Source of the DNA: Basidiobolus meristosporus CBS 931.73 | Taxonomy: Eukaryota > Fungi > Basidiobolomycota | Reading direction: 5' to 3' | Length of the DNA: 64,000 bases | Assembly: GCA_002104905.1 (NCBI GenBank) | Contig: MCFE01000161.1 | Coordinates: forward strand, 85,348-149,347 | Shown: in pieces, positions 12,362 through 25,800 of the stretch | Layout: every line of letters begins with the position of its first letter | Numbering within the stretch: position 1 is the stretch's first letter | The notes under the pieces: model-generated | Database searches by the model: none | The model's input: only the letters and a program-made list of their open reading frames with translations | What the model was told of the DNA's origin: nothing | Position numbers and translations under genes: made by a program

Positions 12362-15255
12362 ATGAAAAAGCCCTCTTGCAGGCATTCGGTTTTCCCTAGT
12401 CTGGGTTTATCGGAGGCCTCTCATCACGGGGACAATTTCTATCTGAGCCAGTTTCCTCGTCAGGCACGCCGATCAAGGATTCTGGCGGCTCGTCATCAGA
12501 CAGCGTTTGAACATATTGAATCATACATTAGGGTTACCGCCTTTGTATCATTACACCATTACTTTACAGTAACTGTATCCCGTGCAAGTACAGTGGAGGA
12601 GCTTTGCAAACTAATCGAGGCCGAATATGCCTTTAACTATTTGTGCTCTCCGACCCCAGCTAGTAGTCTGGATTACGTTCGGGAGTCTACTCAGAGTTTA
12701 AAGCAACTACTAGATAGGGGCTTGATGGAAGATTTGGCTGACTCAGAGCTGTTAGGTTCCGACAGTACATTGGAGGAAGATGAGGGTAATGCCAAGCCCC
12801 TAATTTGTGGAGCCATTTTCTCCGGAAAAAGGGAGTTGCGCTTTTCCGATACTGTTGGAGATGTCTTGGATAAGAATGATATCGTTCGTGTAGTGAACAT
12901 TTACGAAGGTATTGTGTAGGCATCTTTCGGCCCAAAGTCGGAACATACTAAGATTTTCCTACCTAGAAATGACGATGATCAACGAAACGAGTGGGATTGG
13001 ACACGACTCTCGAAGGTGGTCTAGTCCGACTGCCAATGTCCGGTTAGACGAAACTTTTGTGGATAAACGAACCGGCACATCCCTGCTAACCCAACCCTCA
13101 GATGCCAAGCCGCTAACAGAACAAGTTCGCAATAATTCCGCCGAAATGCGATTTCAGAATATCTTTGAAAACAAGATCTGCCTGAACTATTTTCGACAGT
13201 TTTGCTTGCACGAGTGCACTATAGAAAGTTTTCTCTTTTGGGTAGAAGTAGAGGTGTATAGGTGCACCAAGTCAGCTTTGGTCCCGGTGATTGCAGAATA
13301 TCTTTACAAAGTCTACATTGACACCGATGGTCCATTGCGTATCAACATCCCTGAAGCAATCAGGAGCAATATACTGCCGCCAATTTCATCTTCTGATTAT
13401 CTTCCAAACTTGAACATGTTTGATGAAGCTCAAGAATATGTTTTCGATCTTCTGGCACATCATGTGCTACCTCAATTCGAGGCCAGTGAGCTTTACATAA
13501 AGCTTGTGAATGACCAAGCTGTTGGTAAGCGACTCTATGCCGTAATCTGAAGATGTATCACTATGCTAATACTGCTCAATATTTTAAGATCGGACCAACT
13601 TTGAGCAAGCTTACATCAGTGAGTCGATTACTAAATGGCTTCAATTCGATATCGGAACTGTGGCTAATGTGATGGATACTATAAGTAAATATCAAGAAAA
13701 TCAGCAAGAGATGCAGAGTGCACTACAGGAGAGAGATCATATACTGGAGTTGATTATGAATCAGATGTTCACACATATCCCTATGCGACCGTATTTCACC
13801 GAATCAAGGCATGGCAATGGCGGTCAAAGCACTAAGAACGTCTTGCTTAAGAAAAGACTGGCAAAGCTGGTGGGCCGGAGATCAGTAGAAACAGAAAGCA
13901 TCCAGCTTATCATAAATGAGCTGTTGCCGACCCAAAAACCGTCGTTGAATGATCAAGAGTCCTGGCTTCATCGCAACTCTTCCATTAACACCAACCAAGG
14001 AATGATCAAGAAGAAGAAAATAGAAAGGTTAGAAAAGTTAGAGGATTTTTTTGGGAAAAAGCTGTCTACTACCCAGCTTGCCCATCAGAACTTGGTTAGC
14101 CCAGAGGATGATTTCGAAATCCAGAGCATTCCAGAGGATGTCGATGCTCCATTATGTCCATTGACTACTTACAATGAACTTTCCGCAGGCGAACGCCGAT
14201 TACTTGCGAAGCGTACCCGGAAATTGAACCTTCTCTTTGGAGAGCCAATGAATGAACAATTGGTCTCCAAATCCCTAACGAATCCCATAATTGCAAACAA
14301 GCTGGCCAGTACCACCGCTCAAAACCCATATGATTCTTGCAAGTTTGCTCCCGAGCATGAAGAACTGGGAAGGGAGCAGAAAAATCCAGATTTAGGTGTG
14401 AAAAGCAACTCGAAGGAGATCAAACGCAAAAAGCTCGTCAAACTTCATCAACTGCTAGGAGTGTACCCACCTCCCAATCAGATCGAAAAAGGCTCCTCCC
14501 CAAATGTGAAATGTGAAGAGAGTATGATTCAACGAAATGTCAAGACTGCACCACCTGAGATTCGAAAACTGCAAGTGAAACGAGCCAACAAATTAGAGAA
14601 GGTATTCGGTCAACATCCTCCCAAGGAGTTCATCAAGGTCAATAAAGAAACCGAAATTCCTCTGCAAAAGCGCACCTCCATTGTATCCTACTTGCTAGAC
14701 GCCGAGAGTTCTATGGATGATCTGATGCACTACCTTAAACTCTTGTCAGCAATCAAGGATAAACAACCACTCACTGGGCCGCTACTTAGGGATGCATCGG
14801 ATAGCTGTGAGGAACTGTCTGAGGATGAAGATCACTTGGCATGCGATAGTATCGATAAGGCGACTCGTCAGAAGAAACTGTCAAAACTTCGTAGATTCTT
14901 TGGCAATGATCTCGGTTTAGAGTCGCTAATCACGCAGAATATACTTCTTCGCCAGCAACTGGTCGCTGAAAGCTTATATGGTATGAATAAGGAGAGTGAA
15001 TTATTTGGACAACACTTGAATGATTTGGAGCTTACTGAGGACGAAGCAGCTGAGGAGTATGTACGTCAAGCGATGAAAACCGATTTTGAGCAATTACGCA
15101 GAGAGGTTCAAGATTTACATCGCTTGGATTCTCGTGATTATTCACAAGGTAATATCATGAAGCGGGTAGCCAGAACTTCCAGTGCTCCAGGAGCCAACCC
15201 CTTCCGCCCTCTGCGCACCAACACGTACTCGGCAACTAATAACACAAACAAATGA
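12362..15255 (+). CDS. RGS-domain protein, 3 exons: N-terminal ubiquitin-like/RA-like segment, RGS domain, repeat-containing C-terminus
   Basis: RGS signature FQNIFENKICLNYFRQFCLHECTIESFLFW...YIDTDGPLRINI...FDEAQEYVFDLL....LPQF..SELY. Introns 12909-12966 and 13525-13588 join the three track ORFs in frame. Start codon uncertain. Confidence 0.85.
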
Positions 15256-16844
15256 AGACCCCGAATCTTACTAACGTATTCCCGCAAGTAGCTGCGCTAT
15301 ACTTTCCAGATACCCTTTTTGATATAGCATGTACACAATCAGCCTTTTTTCAACACCTTGGGCCCACTAAGAGGACCCTCAAGCTTTCCTAATTCCATTA
15401 CAGCCCATCAACATCATACTGCAAACCAAGCTTAAATTATCAACCCTCGTATTTACTATAACCGTTAAAGCAAATCCTAAGTCGTACGCCAGTAACCTTA
15501 CACAACGCATCTCAACCAGTAGAATATTAATAAACCTTAATTGACGATCTGATTGAATTCAATATGGGTTTAGAATATTGCCCTATAGTGTTCATTGAAG
15601 TATAAAAATGACCGTTATGTTTCATATCACTCAACCCATAATTGTAACGATATCTTAATGTACTAAATATGTCTGCTAGCAAGCCGAATAACTCGGTTTG
15701 ACTAACTTGGAACACAACTGAGTGTTAGTTGATATCTATAATCCCGCACAAAGGCGCATCACGAACCTTTCCACTCATTGATGTACAAAGAAGTCAGGCA
15801 TTCCGCTACAAAACACCTGAATACATAGTGTAATGATATTTATGCTAATTACATACATTTATTATTCTGCAATGGCATACGAAAGATTCTTGATAGAAAA
15901 TTACCAGATGCCAAATATCCATTCAAACATTGAGATGCCTCAGCAGTACTAAGAGTAGCAGTGTATTCCTCCGGTAGACAACGGGTTCTCGGTGGATATG
16001 AGCTGAATACTTTCACAGTCTGTGCAATTGAAGCATCGGTCAATCCCACCCCAGTACCCCGAACCCTTAGTAAATTATCCGTGCCAACATATTCCAGGAT
16101 TATTGATTAGCTACTGGTACTCCGTCCAAATATGTACTTTTCGAAGGGAGGGGGTGACAGTATCGATAGACGGTTGAACACATTACCATAACGAGCGTGG
16201 ATGATGGAAACTTGAACACATCCTTAAAACATTCAGAATTGTTCTGGAGAAATGGCAAGCCCTAGGTCTGAGCTGGCCCTGCCTACGATCATGCACGATG
16301 TAACCTTTCTTTTTCAGCTTTGACGAAGATTTCCTACATAGAAACGTTTTTCCCGCTCACGTCCTTCAGGCTCTATCACAGGCGTTTCTGTGAAAGAGAC
16401 CCTATTTTAATGAGATACAAAATTTTTATCTAGAATATTAACATATTTTGAATCCTGACGCCAAAGCTATTAGAAATCAGGTTTCCACCAGCATGTTGAG
16501 TATGTTGGGTTCTCAATAATTACCACGGTTTCTAGGGTACTCTTGCAAGTATCTCTGGGATGGCCCAGGTCTGTATATCAGAACGTGACATACCCCTACG
16601 TGTAAGTGTGTAGGCTTGTGGGACCTGCGAACAGATGTTCAAGGTTGTCTAAGAGTGAAGAATATTTAGTAGAATGGCTTGGGAAAATACGTTGAAAGGA
16701 TTGCTGAGACTGTATTAGGGATGTTGATGATTAGTATAATAATTGTACCGATTTTCTCTATTAATCGAAATAAACAGCAGGTATCAGCGAATATTAGATC
16801 AGGAATTACCGATCAAACAATACCTACTGGGGCAGCTTACACCA

Positions 16845-16871
16845 CTACTACTATTATTATTATTATTATTA
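16845..16871. repeat. (CTA)3(TTA)6 microsatellite
   Basis: Read directly: ctactacta followed by six TTA units. Confidence 0.9.
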
Positions 16872-17710
16872 TGGAGAAACCTTGATTTTGTTACCAATGA
16901 TTTCCACCGAATCCAACCCCTGCCCCAATACACTTTGATGGCTGGGAAAAACCTATATTTGCGGAGAGACCGAGTCACAACACCAAGTTATTCAACATTT
17001 TATCTTGCTGATTATTCCAAGACATAATATTGACTAGTAACAGGAAGTGAATGTGAGACAGCTGCCCTTGTGTGTGGGAACTGTTATCAGCGAAATTGGC
17101 CAATCCAAATGAGATGGTGTGTCACTACTTGTGCCATGGACCTATGAAATTAACAGCGGTTTGGCTTCTAATACACGGCAGGTGCACTCTAAAATCACCA
17201 TCTTGCGGCTGAATTGGCTTATATGGGAACCAGTGGAGATAATCTCGAGATTCCTCTTCATCTTATGAATTCAAGTCACAACGCATCTGTAAAAAGTAGT
17301 TTTCTGTATATTGTGATCATATAATTATCCTTGAAATATGGGAGCTCCTTCCAAACTTGGCACTAAACACTGCACATATGATGATGAGGGTTTCACTGAT
17401 GAAAATTCCACTTCCCTTGCACCAATTAATAGCATTCAACTGTGTGGGACGCTGAACCCATTTGGTTGCATTATGAGTGTTTCTATGTATGGCTGCATTC
17501 ATTCGAAGAATCCCATCACTGTACATTCCAATATTGTGGAGAAATGCACGTTACTCATGTAACGTGAATATTGCTCAGCTCCTCTGTATATAAGTTCTTG
17601 GGAACTTCTCCACAACCTCACTGCGCTGCCCTTTTCCGACTCGTATTTATACACCCATTCCATATCATTCGTTTAGCATATTCTATTTTTGAGCATTTTA
17701 TTAAAGCAGC

Positions 17711-20700
17711 ATGAGTGTACAAAGCTATTCTGACACTTTGACATTTTACGTTAATGGAACCCGTGTGGCTCTGAGAAATCCAGACCCTGAGATGACTCTA
17801 CTTCAATACCTCCGTCACGCTGGTTTGACTGGGACCAAACTTGGTTGCGGCGAAGGTGGTTGTGGTAAGCTAACTATTCTTTACCTCGATGAATATGTTA
17901 GTATACATGCTGAACACTGATTTGAATTAGGCGCCTGTACACTACTAGTCTCTTCCTATGATCCTGACACCCGTAAAATTTCTCACACTTCTGTCAACGC
18001 ATGTTTGGCTCCGCTTTGTGCTATGGATGGAAAGCATGTGATAACCGTTGAAGGCCTTGGTAATTCCAAGAATCCACATCCAGTCCAGGAAAGAATTGCC
18101 CTAAGCCACGGATCGCAATGTGGCTTCTGTACCCCTGGCATTGTCATGTCTCTATACGCGCTATTAAGAAATAACCCGAATCCTACCGAACACGAGATTG
18201 AAGAAGCATTTGACGGAAACCTTTGCCGTTGTACTGGTTACCGACCCATTCTTGATGCTGCAAAAACGTTTGCTGTTCCCTCTGGTGGTTGTTGTGGTGG
18301 AAAAGCCAGTGGTGGTGGCTGTTGCATGGATGAAGGCCCAGTGGTCGCTAAAGAAGAGGTCACTGGATGCGGCAGAGCTGGAGGCTGTTGTCAAAATAAG
18401 AAGGATTTTGATCAAGAGCTCAGCAATTCAGTGACCACTGATAAATTCGAGCCAGTGAAGCTCAAGAAATACGATCCTACACAGGAGCTGATCTTTCCTC
18501 CAGCCTTGATCAAATATGCACATGCGGAGAAGGGCGCTGACAATGGTGTTAGACCATTAGCTTTCTCCAACAACAAGTACAAGTGGTATCGCCCTCTCGA
18601 GCTTGAAGAGCTATTGCAACTCAAAGCCGAATATCCTGATGCCAAAATCATCGCCGGTAATTCGGAGGTTGGAATTGAAATCAAGTTCAAGCACATCTAC
18701 TATCCAGTTATGATTTACGTTGGAGACATCAAGGAGTTGAAGAAGGTGGAGTATACAGAAGATGGCATCACTTTCGGCGCCAACGTCACCTTATCTTATT
18801 TCGAGCATGTCTTGAAGGAGGCAGTAGAGAAGTATGAGCCTTCAAAAACCGAGAATTTCAAGGCTTACCTGAGCAATCTTCGTTGGTTTGCTGGCCGCCA
18901 GATCCGAAACGTTGGTACCATTGCTGGAAATATCGTCACCGCCTCTCCAATTTCCGATTTGAATCCCGTATTTGTTGCTTCTCGTGCAGTGATGGTGGTT
19001 GCTTCAAAGGATGGTGGTTTACGATCAATCAAGATGACCGAATTCTTCCTTGGATACCGTAAAACAGCACTTCGTGCAGGGGAGGTTGTAATTTCCCTAT
19101 CGATCCCCTTCACATCTGAATACGAGTTTACCCAATCATTCAAGCAAGCAAAGAGAAAGGATGATGACATTGCCATCGTTAACGGTGGTTTGCGAGTGAA
19201 GTTTGAGAAGAGGGATGGAAAGTTCATAGTTAAGGATTCCGTCTTTGCATTTGGTGGGATGGGTCCTACCACATTGCAAACCGCATCTGCCACTGAATTC
19301 TTGATCGGTAAGGAATGGGGATACCGCGAAGATTACTTGGAGGTTATCAATCGACTTGGATATGATCTTCCGATTCAGTATTCCTCTCCAGGAGGTATGG
19401 CGGAGTACCGTAAGGCTTTGGCATCAAGCTTCTTTTACAAGTTTTGGTGCTTCATTTCGGAGAAGTTAGGACTTGATATTCCTGAAGCCAAATTTGCCAA
19501 TGAGCTGAAAGACATCGAACGTGCTATTTCACAAGCTTCCCAATCTATGCCTACGCGTCCTGAGTCCATTGTTGGAAAGAACGTTGCTCATTTAAGTGCT
19601 GTCAAGCAGGTTACCGGTGAAGCTATATATGTGGATGATATGCCTTCATATAGCGGAGAGCTTTACGGAGCGGTTGTAACCTCCAAGAAGGCCCATGCCA
19701 AGATTTTAAAGGTTGATTCTAGTATGGCTGAAGAAGCTGATGGGTTTGTGGGCTTCTACTCTGCTAAAGATGTTCCTGGCTCAAACACTTGGGGTCCTAC
19801 TTTCCAGGACGAGCAAATTTTCGCTACCGATGAGGTTTACTTCTTGGGTCAGGTGATTGGTATTGTTATTGCGAAATCTCAAAATGAAGCACAAGCTGCA
19901 GCTAGAATGGTTCACGTGGAGTATGAAGAACTTCCTCATATTCTTACAATCGAGGAGGCCATTGAAAAGGAGTCCTACATCCCAGCTGACCGAGATATCA
20001 CCCGAGGTGATGTGGATAAAGCTTTCACAGAATGCGACCATATATTTGAAGGAGAGTCAAGAGTTGGAGGTCAGGAACACTTCTACCTTGAGACCAATGC
20101 TTGCATTGTCGTCCCCAAGGAAGATACCGAAATGGAAGTTTTCAGTAGCACACAAAATCCAACTGAGACTCAGCATGTCGTTGCTAAAGTTCTTGGGTGC
20201 CCAGACAGCAGAATTACCGTTCGTACCAAACGTCTTGGCGGTGGTTTCGGTGGCAAGGAGAGCAGAACTGTCATGCTAACAGCCCCATTAGCTGTTGCTG
20301 CCTATCATCTACGTAAACCTATTCGCTGTATGCTTGATCGTGACGAGGATATGCTTTTGACCGGACAAAGGCATCCTTTCTTGGGTAGATGGAAGGTTGG
20401 TGTCAACAAGGATGGCAAGATCCAAGCACTAGACATCCAACTATATGCAAATGCTGGTTGGTCTGCTGATCTGACCATGGCTGTCGTCGAGCGTGCTATG
20501 TCCCATAGTGATAATTGCTACTACATCCCTAACGTTCGTGTCATTGGCAAGGGATGTATCACAAACATTCATTCGAATACCGCCTTCAGAGGCTTCGGTG
20601 GCCCTCAAGGAATGGTCATCTGTGAGAACTGGGTACATGAGGTTGCAGAGAACCTCGATATTCCAGTAGACGAATTCCGGGAAATCAATATGTACAAGGA

Positions 20701-21850
20701 AGGCCAACTCACCCACTTCAACCAAGAGATCACCGACTGGCACATCCCTTTGATGTGGAAGCAAATCAAAGAAACGTCGAACTATGCGGCCAAACGTCGT
20801 GAGGTTGATGAGTTCAACAAAGTTCACAAATTCAAGAAGAGAGGTTTGGCGATCATCCCTACCAAGTTCGGTATCTCATTCACCGCCAGATTCCTTAACC
20901 AAGCCGGTGCCCTGGTTCACATCTATACAGACGGGTCGGTGCTTTTAACCCATGGTGGTATTGAAATGGGACAAGGTATTCACACGAAAATGGCGCAAAT
21001 TGCTGCTGAAGCCTTAAACGTGCCATTGGAGAAGGTCTTTATCAGCGAAACTGCCACTAATACCGTCGCCAACACAAGTCCAACTGCTGCTTCAGCCGGA
21101 TCCGATCTTAACGGCCAAGCCGTCAAAGCTGCGTGCGACCAGGTTGCTGAAAGATTAAAGCCGTATCGTGAGAAGATGCCTGAAGCCTCTCTTGGTGAAC
21201 TTGCCAAAGCTGCTTATTTCGACCGAGTGAATCTCTCTGCCAATGGACATTATAAGACTCCTGATATTGGTTACACTTGGGGCAAGAACGAAGGAATGAT
21301 GTTCTTCTATTTCACCTTGGGTGTTGCCGTTTCCGAAGTTGAGGTAGACATTCTCACGGGAGACCATACAATTTTGAGTACCGATGTGCTCATGGATGTT
21401 GGCCAGTCACTGAACTATTCGATTGATCTTGGTCAAGTCGAAGGTGCTTGGTTACAGGGTGCTGGCTGGTCCACTATGGAAGAAACACTATTTTTCCCCA
21501 ATGGCATGCTCTTCACTCGAGGACCGGGTAATTACAAAATCCCAGGCTTCCGTGATATTCCCCAACAATTCCGAGTTGACCTTCTCGATGGCGTGGAGTA
21601 CAAAAGACTCAAGACAATTCACAGTAGCAAAGGCATCGGAGAGCCGCCATTCTTCTTGGGTACATCTGTCTTCTATGCTATTCGCGATGCTATCTCAGCC
21701 GCTCGTAAAGATAATGGGGTCACTGGAACCTTTACTCTCTCTCACCCCGCCACTGCTGAGAAGATTCGCATGGCCTGCGCCGACGAGATTGCCACCCTGT
21801 CCAAAATAGAGCACAAGGAGGGAGAAAAGCCATGGGCAATTCGCGTATAA
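17711..21850 (+). CDS. XDH: Xanthine dehydrogenase/oxidase (2Fe-2S, FAD and molybdopterin domains), 2 exons
   Basis: [12 protein letters not shown]|ACT across intron 17865-17930; [10 protein letters not shown]; [12 protein letters not shown]; [12 protein letters not shown]; [10 protein letters not shown]; [10 protein letters not shown]; SKGIGEPP (catalytic Glu). Confidence 0.98.
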
Positions 21851-22866
21851 CCCAGAGATCTATTTGAGTTGTAGTTTTATTGAAAAGGTCCGTGAAATGT
21901 CGCATCATCCGGTGTATATAAACAGTCTCGACATTGATAATTTCTCATAAGCCCAAAATAAACCCATGATACCGCTATGCACTGAAATTTACATATTGAT
22001 CTATGGATATGGCCAAGGGTGCCGAGCCAATAATCCATTTCGAGCGGAGATTCTATTTCTATACCCGCATGTAGGCGACGACAGACCTAATTCGATGTCT
22101 GGCAGAGGGAGAGGGAGAGACGGACTGCTGAACCCATTAGGCTGAATTTCATGGCGCCAACTCTAGATGTGACAACTTTTGACTGGTGTTTGCAAGCCAA
22201 CCATGTGATCATCAGGAGTAGAAATGTTGGGCTACTAACCCATTATGATACAGTCTGACAGAAAGATGGAAGCTTAGCTAATTAGAGTGAAATCATTTCA
22301 AATTGGCGATCGCGATTGGTGAGAAGCATGCCCAGAAGCGGATTGTTGCAGTCGCAAAGGTTGTTGAATCGTCCAATTTAACTGAAACAACCTAAGGGAA
22401 GTGCTTCAACTCGTGGATGCCCCTGAATGACAGGAGAGGCTGCTTCCGCTATACCGTGAAATAAACTCAAGCTGGTGTGTGGATGGTCATCCCATTGGCT
22501 GGCGATGAACCTTCCCAATAAATGCTCCAATTACTAGCGGGGTTTGTGGGCGATATTATATCACAACTAAGCCATCATAATAACGGCTATCACTGCTTTC
22601 TTGCGTTCGACATTTTGTAACACAGTCGGATATAACATTCTCTACTCCATTACTACTGTTCTTAGCTCCCTGCATCGATTCTCTTCACCTCCATTCTCAT
22701 ACCTTTGAGGCTAGCGGAATCTCTCCTCTCCACCTTGTGCTTTTCTATTTATTCGCATTGCTCTTTTTTACTTGAACTCGTGTAGAGCAAGCCGCTCTTG
22801 TTATTGCGTGCTTTGGAAGGCATATCTCTCTTGAAACCATAAGGGGTGTTTGGTAACAGTATATCG

Positions 22867-25800
22867 ATGTGGCAGCCACTTCCTCGGATTGCAGAAGGAA
22901 TAGCCATCTTCCAGTTCTTATCCTTGAGCCCCGACGTAGTTGATGAAGCTCTTAGAGAATCTGCCTCCCCCAATCTCAAGTACCTAGTCGATTTAGAAGT
23001 AGGTGACATTGTTTATGCATATGAGCAGTTGGGAGGTTGGTTTAAAGGCTATGTGATATCGTCATTTCCGCCAAATTCACCACCTCGAACTGGCATATTT
23101 CCCGCCAATCACGTTCAGATCCGCTCGTATCGGACTAGCTTGGCGACGGTTGCGTCTAGCGAATTGCAACATGGGGTTACAGGATACTTGAGTTCAGAGA
23201 CACCAAAACTCTCCCCTGAGCACCAAAGAATGTCGCCCTTATTAAGATCAAATTCGGCGCTTGTGACTAAGAGTTCCTTGACTTCAAGCTCTGCAACAAA
23301 CCCCAACCGCCTTCGCCCATTGAGCCTACAGGAAAAAACTCTAGGCAATATCCAACCAAGCGCGCCAACAATCCCTCAATTGAAGCCTTATAGAACTGCA
23401 AGTGGATTTATGGAACCGTTGATTGATATCATCTCCAGTGTTTTGAAAGAGTGGTGCTCCTATTTACCAATCTACTTGCGGGATTGCAATTACGAGCTAT
23501 TCAACCAGGTGAAAGGATATATGTCAATTCTTTTCAAAGGGCGTAGACAACTTCTTTCACAAACGCTATCGTTAGAGGATTTGAATAAGCTGCGCTCGGA
23601 ACTGATCCACACGATATTGTTGTGCAACAAGCTTCAAGGATTGGACTCTATCGTTCTTCATAAGGAGAAAGGACTTCCTATTGACGAAAAAAACTCACCC
23701 TTGACTGCACTGTATAAAAGCCATGTTGAGCTCTCAGGCGATGGAGATGGTAGGCAGCTCGAGGACCTGCTGGTGACGAGCCCTCCACACTCTCCACTGG
23801 GGTTGAACTCAACGCCAGTTAAGAAGATATTGCCCAAGGTTGGGATGGAGAGCATCTCCGGTTTGCACCATCTTTTCTTCGATTTGAAAGCCTTTGTTGC
23901 CTCCATATGTTCTACAGGAGAATACTCCGAGCTCCACTTCTCATTGTTCAACAGAACGACAGCCAAGTTCATTAGTGAGGAATTCCTGATTGTCCTTACA
24001 TCCCAAGGGATGCCTAGCGATCCCAACCGGATAGGCAGGTTACGCACCCTATTCTCCGATTTATCACAGAAGGATATTAGCGACCAGTTATATCTTGTGT
24101 GCAGGATAGTCCGTATCGGTCGAACTCTTTTATTAGAGAAGTCCAAGGATGGCTTAGAACTTTCATCATCTTCTGTAGACATGCCCAGTCGGATGAACTC
24201 GCTCAGCAGTAGATCAGGGAGCGAGGCAATTAATTACAGAAGGCCATTTGGATGTGCTGTATTGTCCGTCAGCGAGATGTTTAAAGCTAGCAATCAAGCT
24301 GATGCCCTGCGAGAGTCGGTTATCAAAATATATACTCCCTTGAACGATACCACCTTCTTCTCATTGCACGAAAGCATCATCAATCAAACCGGTGAATACG
24401 AGCAATCCTCAAGGGCTGAAAGTATTTGTGTGTCGTTTCGAGTGTTTCAAGGACAGGCCCAGGTCCTCGTAAGGGAGCATCCCACTCTGTTACTCGGCAT
24501 CCCGATCACCCCGCGACTAGGGTTTCCGGATGTAGTACTGCCCGGCGATAACCGAAATGCCATGCACTTGACACTTTGCTCCGGCGATTTCCAGCAAGGC
24601 CGTAGAGCAACCGCCAAGAATATTCAGGTCAAAGTGGAGGTGCGCTCGAATGAAGGAAACGGAGTGCCATTGAACGGCGCCATATGCCGTGGTTCTGGGG
24701 AAGCCAATGTAACTCAGTATGACTCAGTGGTGATCTATCACTCAAATAACCCCCGATGGGATGAATCCATCAAGATTGAAGTGACTCCGGACATCTTCAA
24801 GAGCTCCCATATCTTCTTCACATTTCGCCATTGTTCCAGCAAGGAACAGTCTGGCTCTACGCTCTCTCTAGGCAGCAAGGAAAAATCCACTGACAGCAGT
24901 AATTTTGCATTCGCATTTTTGCCTCTCTCGCTCGACAATCATCATACCATAGTTTCGGATGGCACTCATTCACTGGCGTTGTACAAGTACGACCCAAAGA
25001 TTGTCGCATCAACGACGTATCTTAAATGCTGCACCAACACTTCAAGGCCTAACAAGCTCATGTCTTTTGAAAGCCTAGACCTGGTCAAGAACTATACTTC
25101 ACCATCCGGAATAACCCCTTTGAAGGATACGTTCGTTGTAAGGACGTTTTTATGCTCGACGAGATTAACCCACAGCGAGTCTTTAGTCAACCTTCTACAC
25201 TGGAAGGAGGCACTGCTTACTCGGCACGATATGCGTTCTATTCTGAAGAATTTCACTTTCATAGGGGAGTTGGAGATTGTTAAATTTCTACAGGATATAT
25301 TTGATGTATTGTTCGACTTGTTAGGCGCACCTTCTTCCTCTTTTCAACACAGAGATACCCCGGTAAAGCAAAGCTCTCATCAGCGCCAACCCTCTGTGTC
25401 AGGGGCCGGGCCTACACTGGATGATTTAGTGTTTGCTGCGTTGGTATTTGTGCTAAATATAGTGTCCGACCGACGTTTTACCAACTTCAGACCGGTTCTA
25501 GATGTATATATCGAGAATCATTTTTCTTCCTCTCGAGTATCCAAGCATCTTATCTCCTCTATGAGAAAGTTGCTCTTGGATCCAACGAACTCTACGCAAG
25601 CGATGGGACTCCGCTCTAGCATAAAAGCCTGGGAATATCTGTTCAAGTTGATCGTTAGGTCGTGGGGTATTCACAGAGCCGAGGAGAAGGACAAGGCCGT
25701 CAATACTGAACCCCCTGGAGCCGCTCCGCCATCGAGGGATGACTCTGTAGATAGCCAGAATGAGTTTAAAATGAGCCTTTGGAGCCTCTTTGGAGATATC

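Noticed and set aside
12154-12399. Upstream ORF ending CCC-TAG, where a +1 shift would enter the RGS frame (antizyme-like shifty stop)
   Set aside because: The RGS frame has its own good-context ATG at 12362, and a TATAAAA lies inside the upstream ORF, suggesting transcription starts downstream of its ATG. Likely coincidence.
18280-18400. Cys/Gly-rich insert (GGCCGG...GGGCCM...GCGRAGGCC) in XDH as a novel metal site
   Set aside because: Similar Cys/Gly-rich linkers between the Fe-S and FAD domains are, to my knowledge, common in fungal xanthine dehydrogenases.
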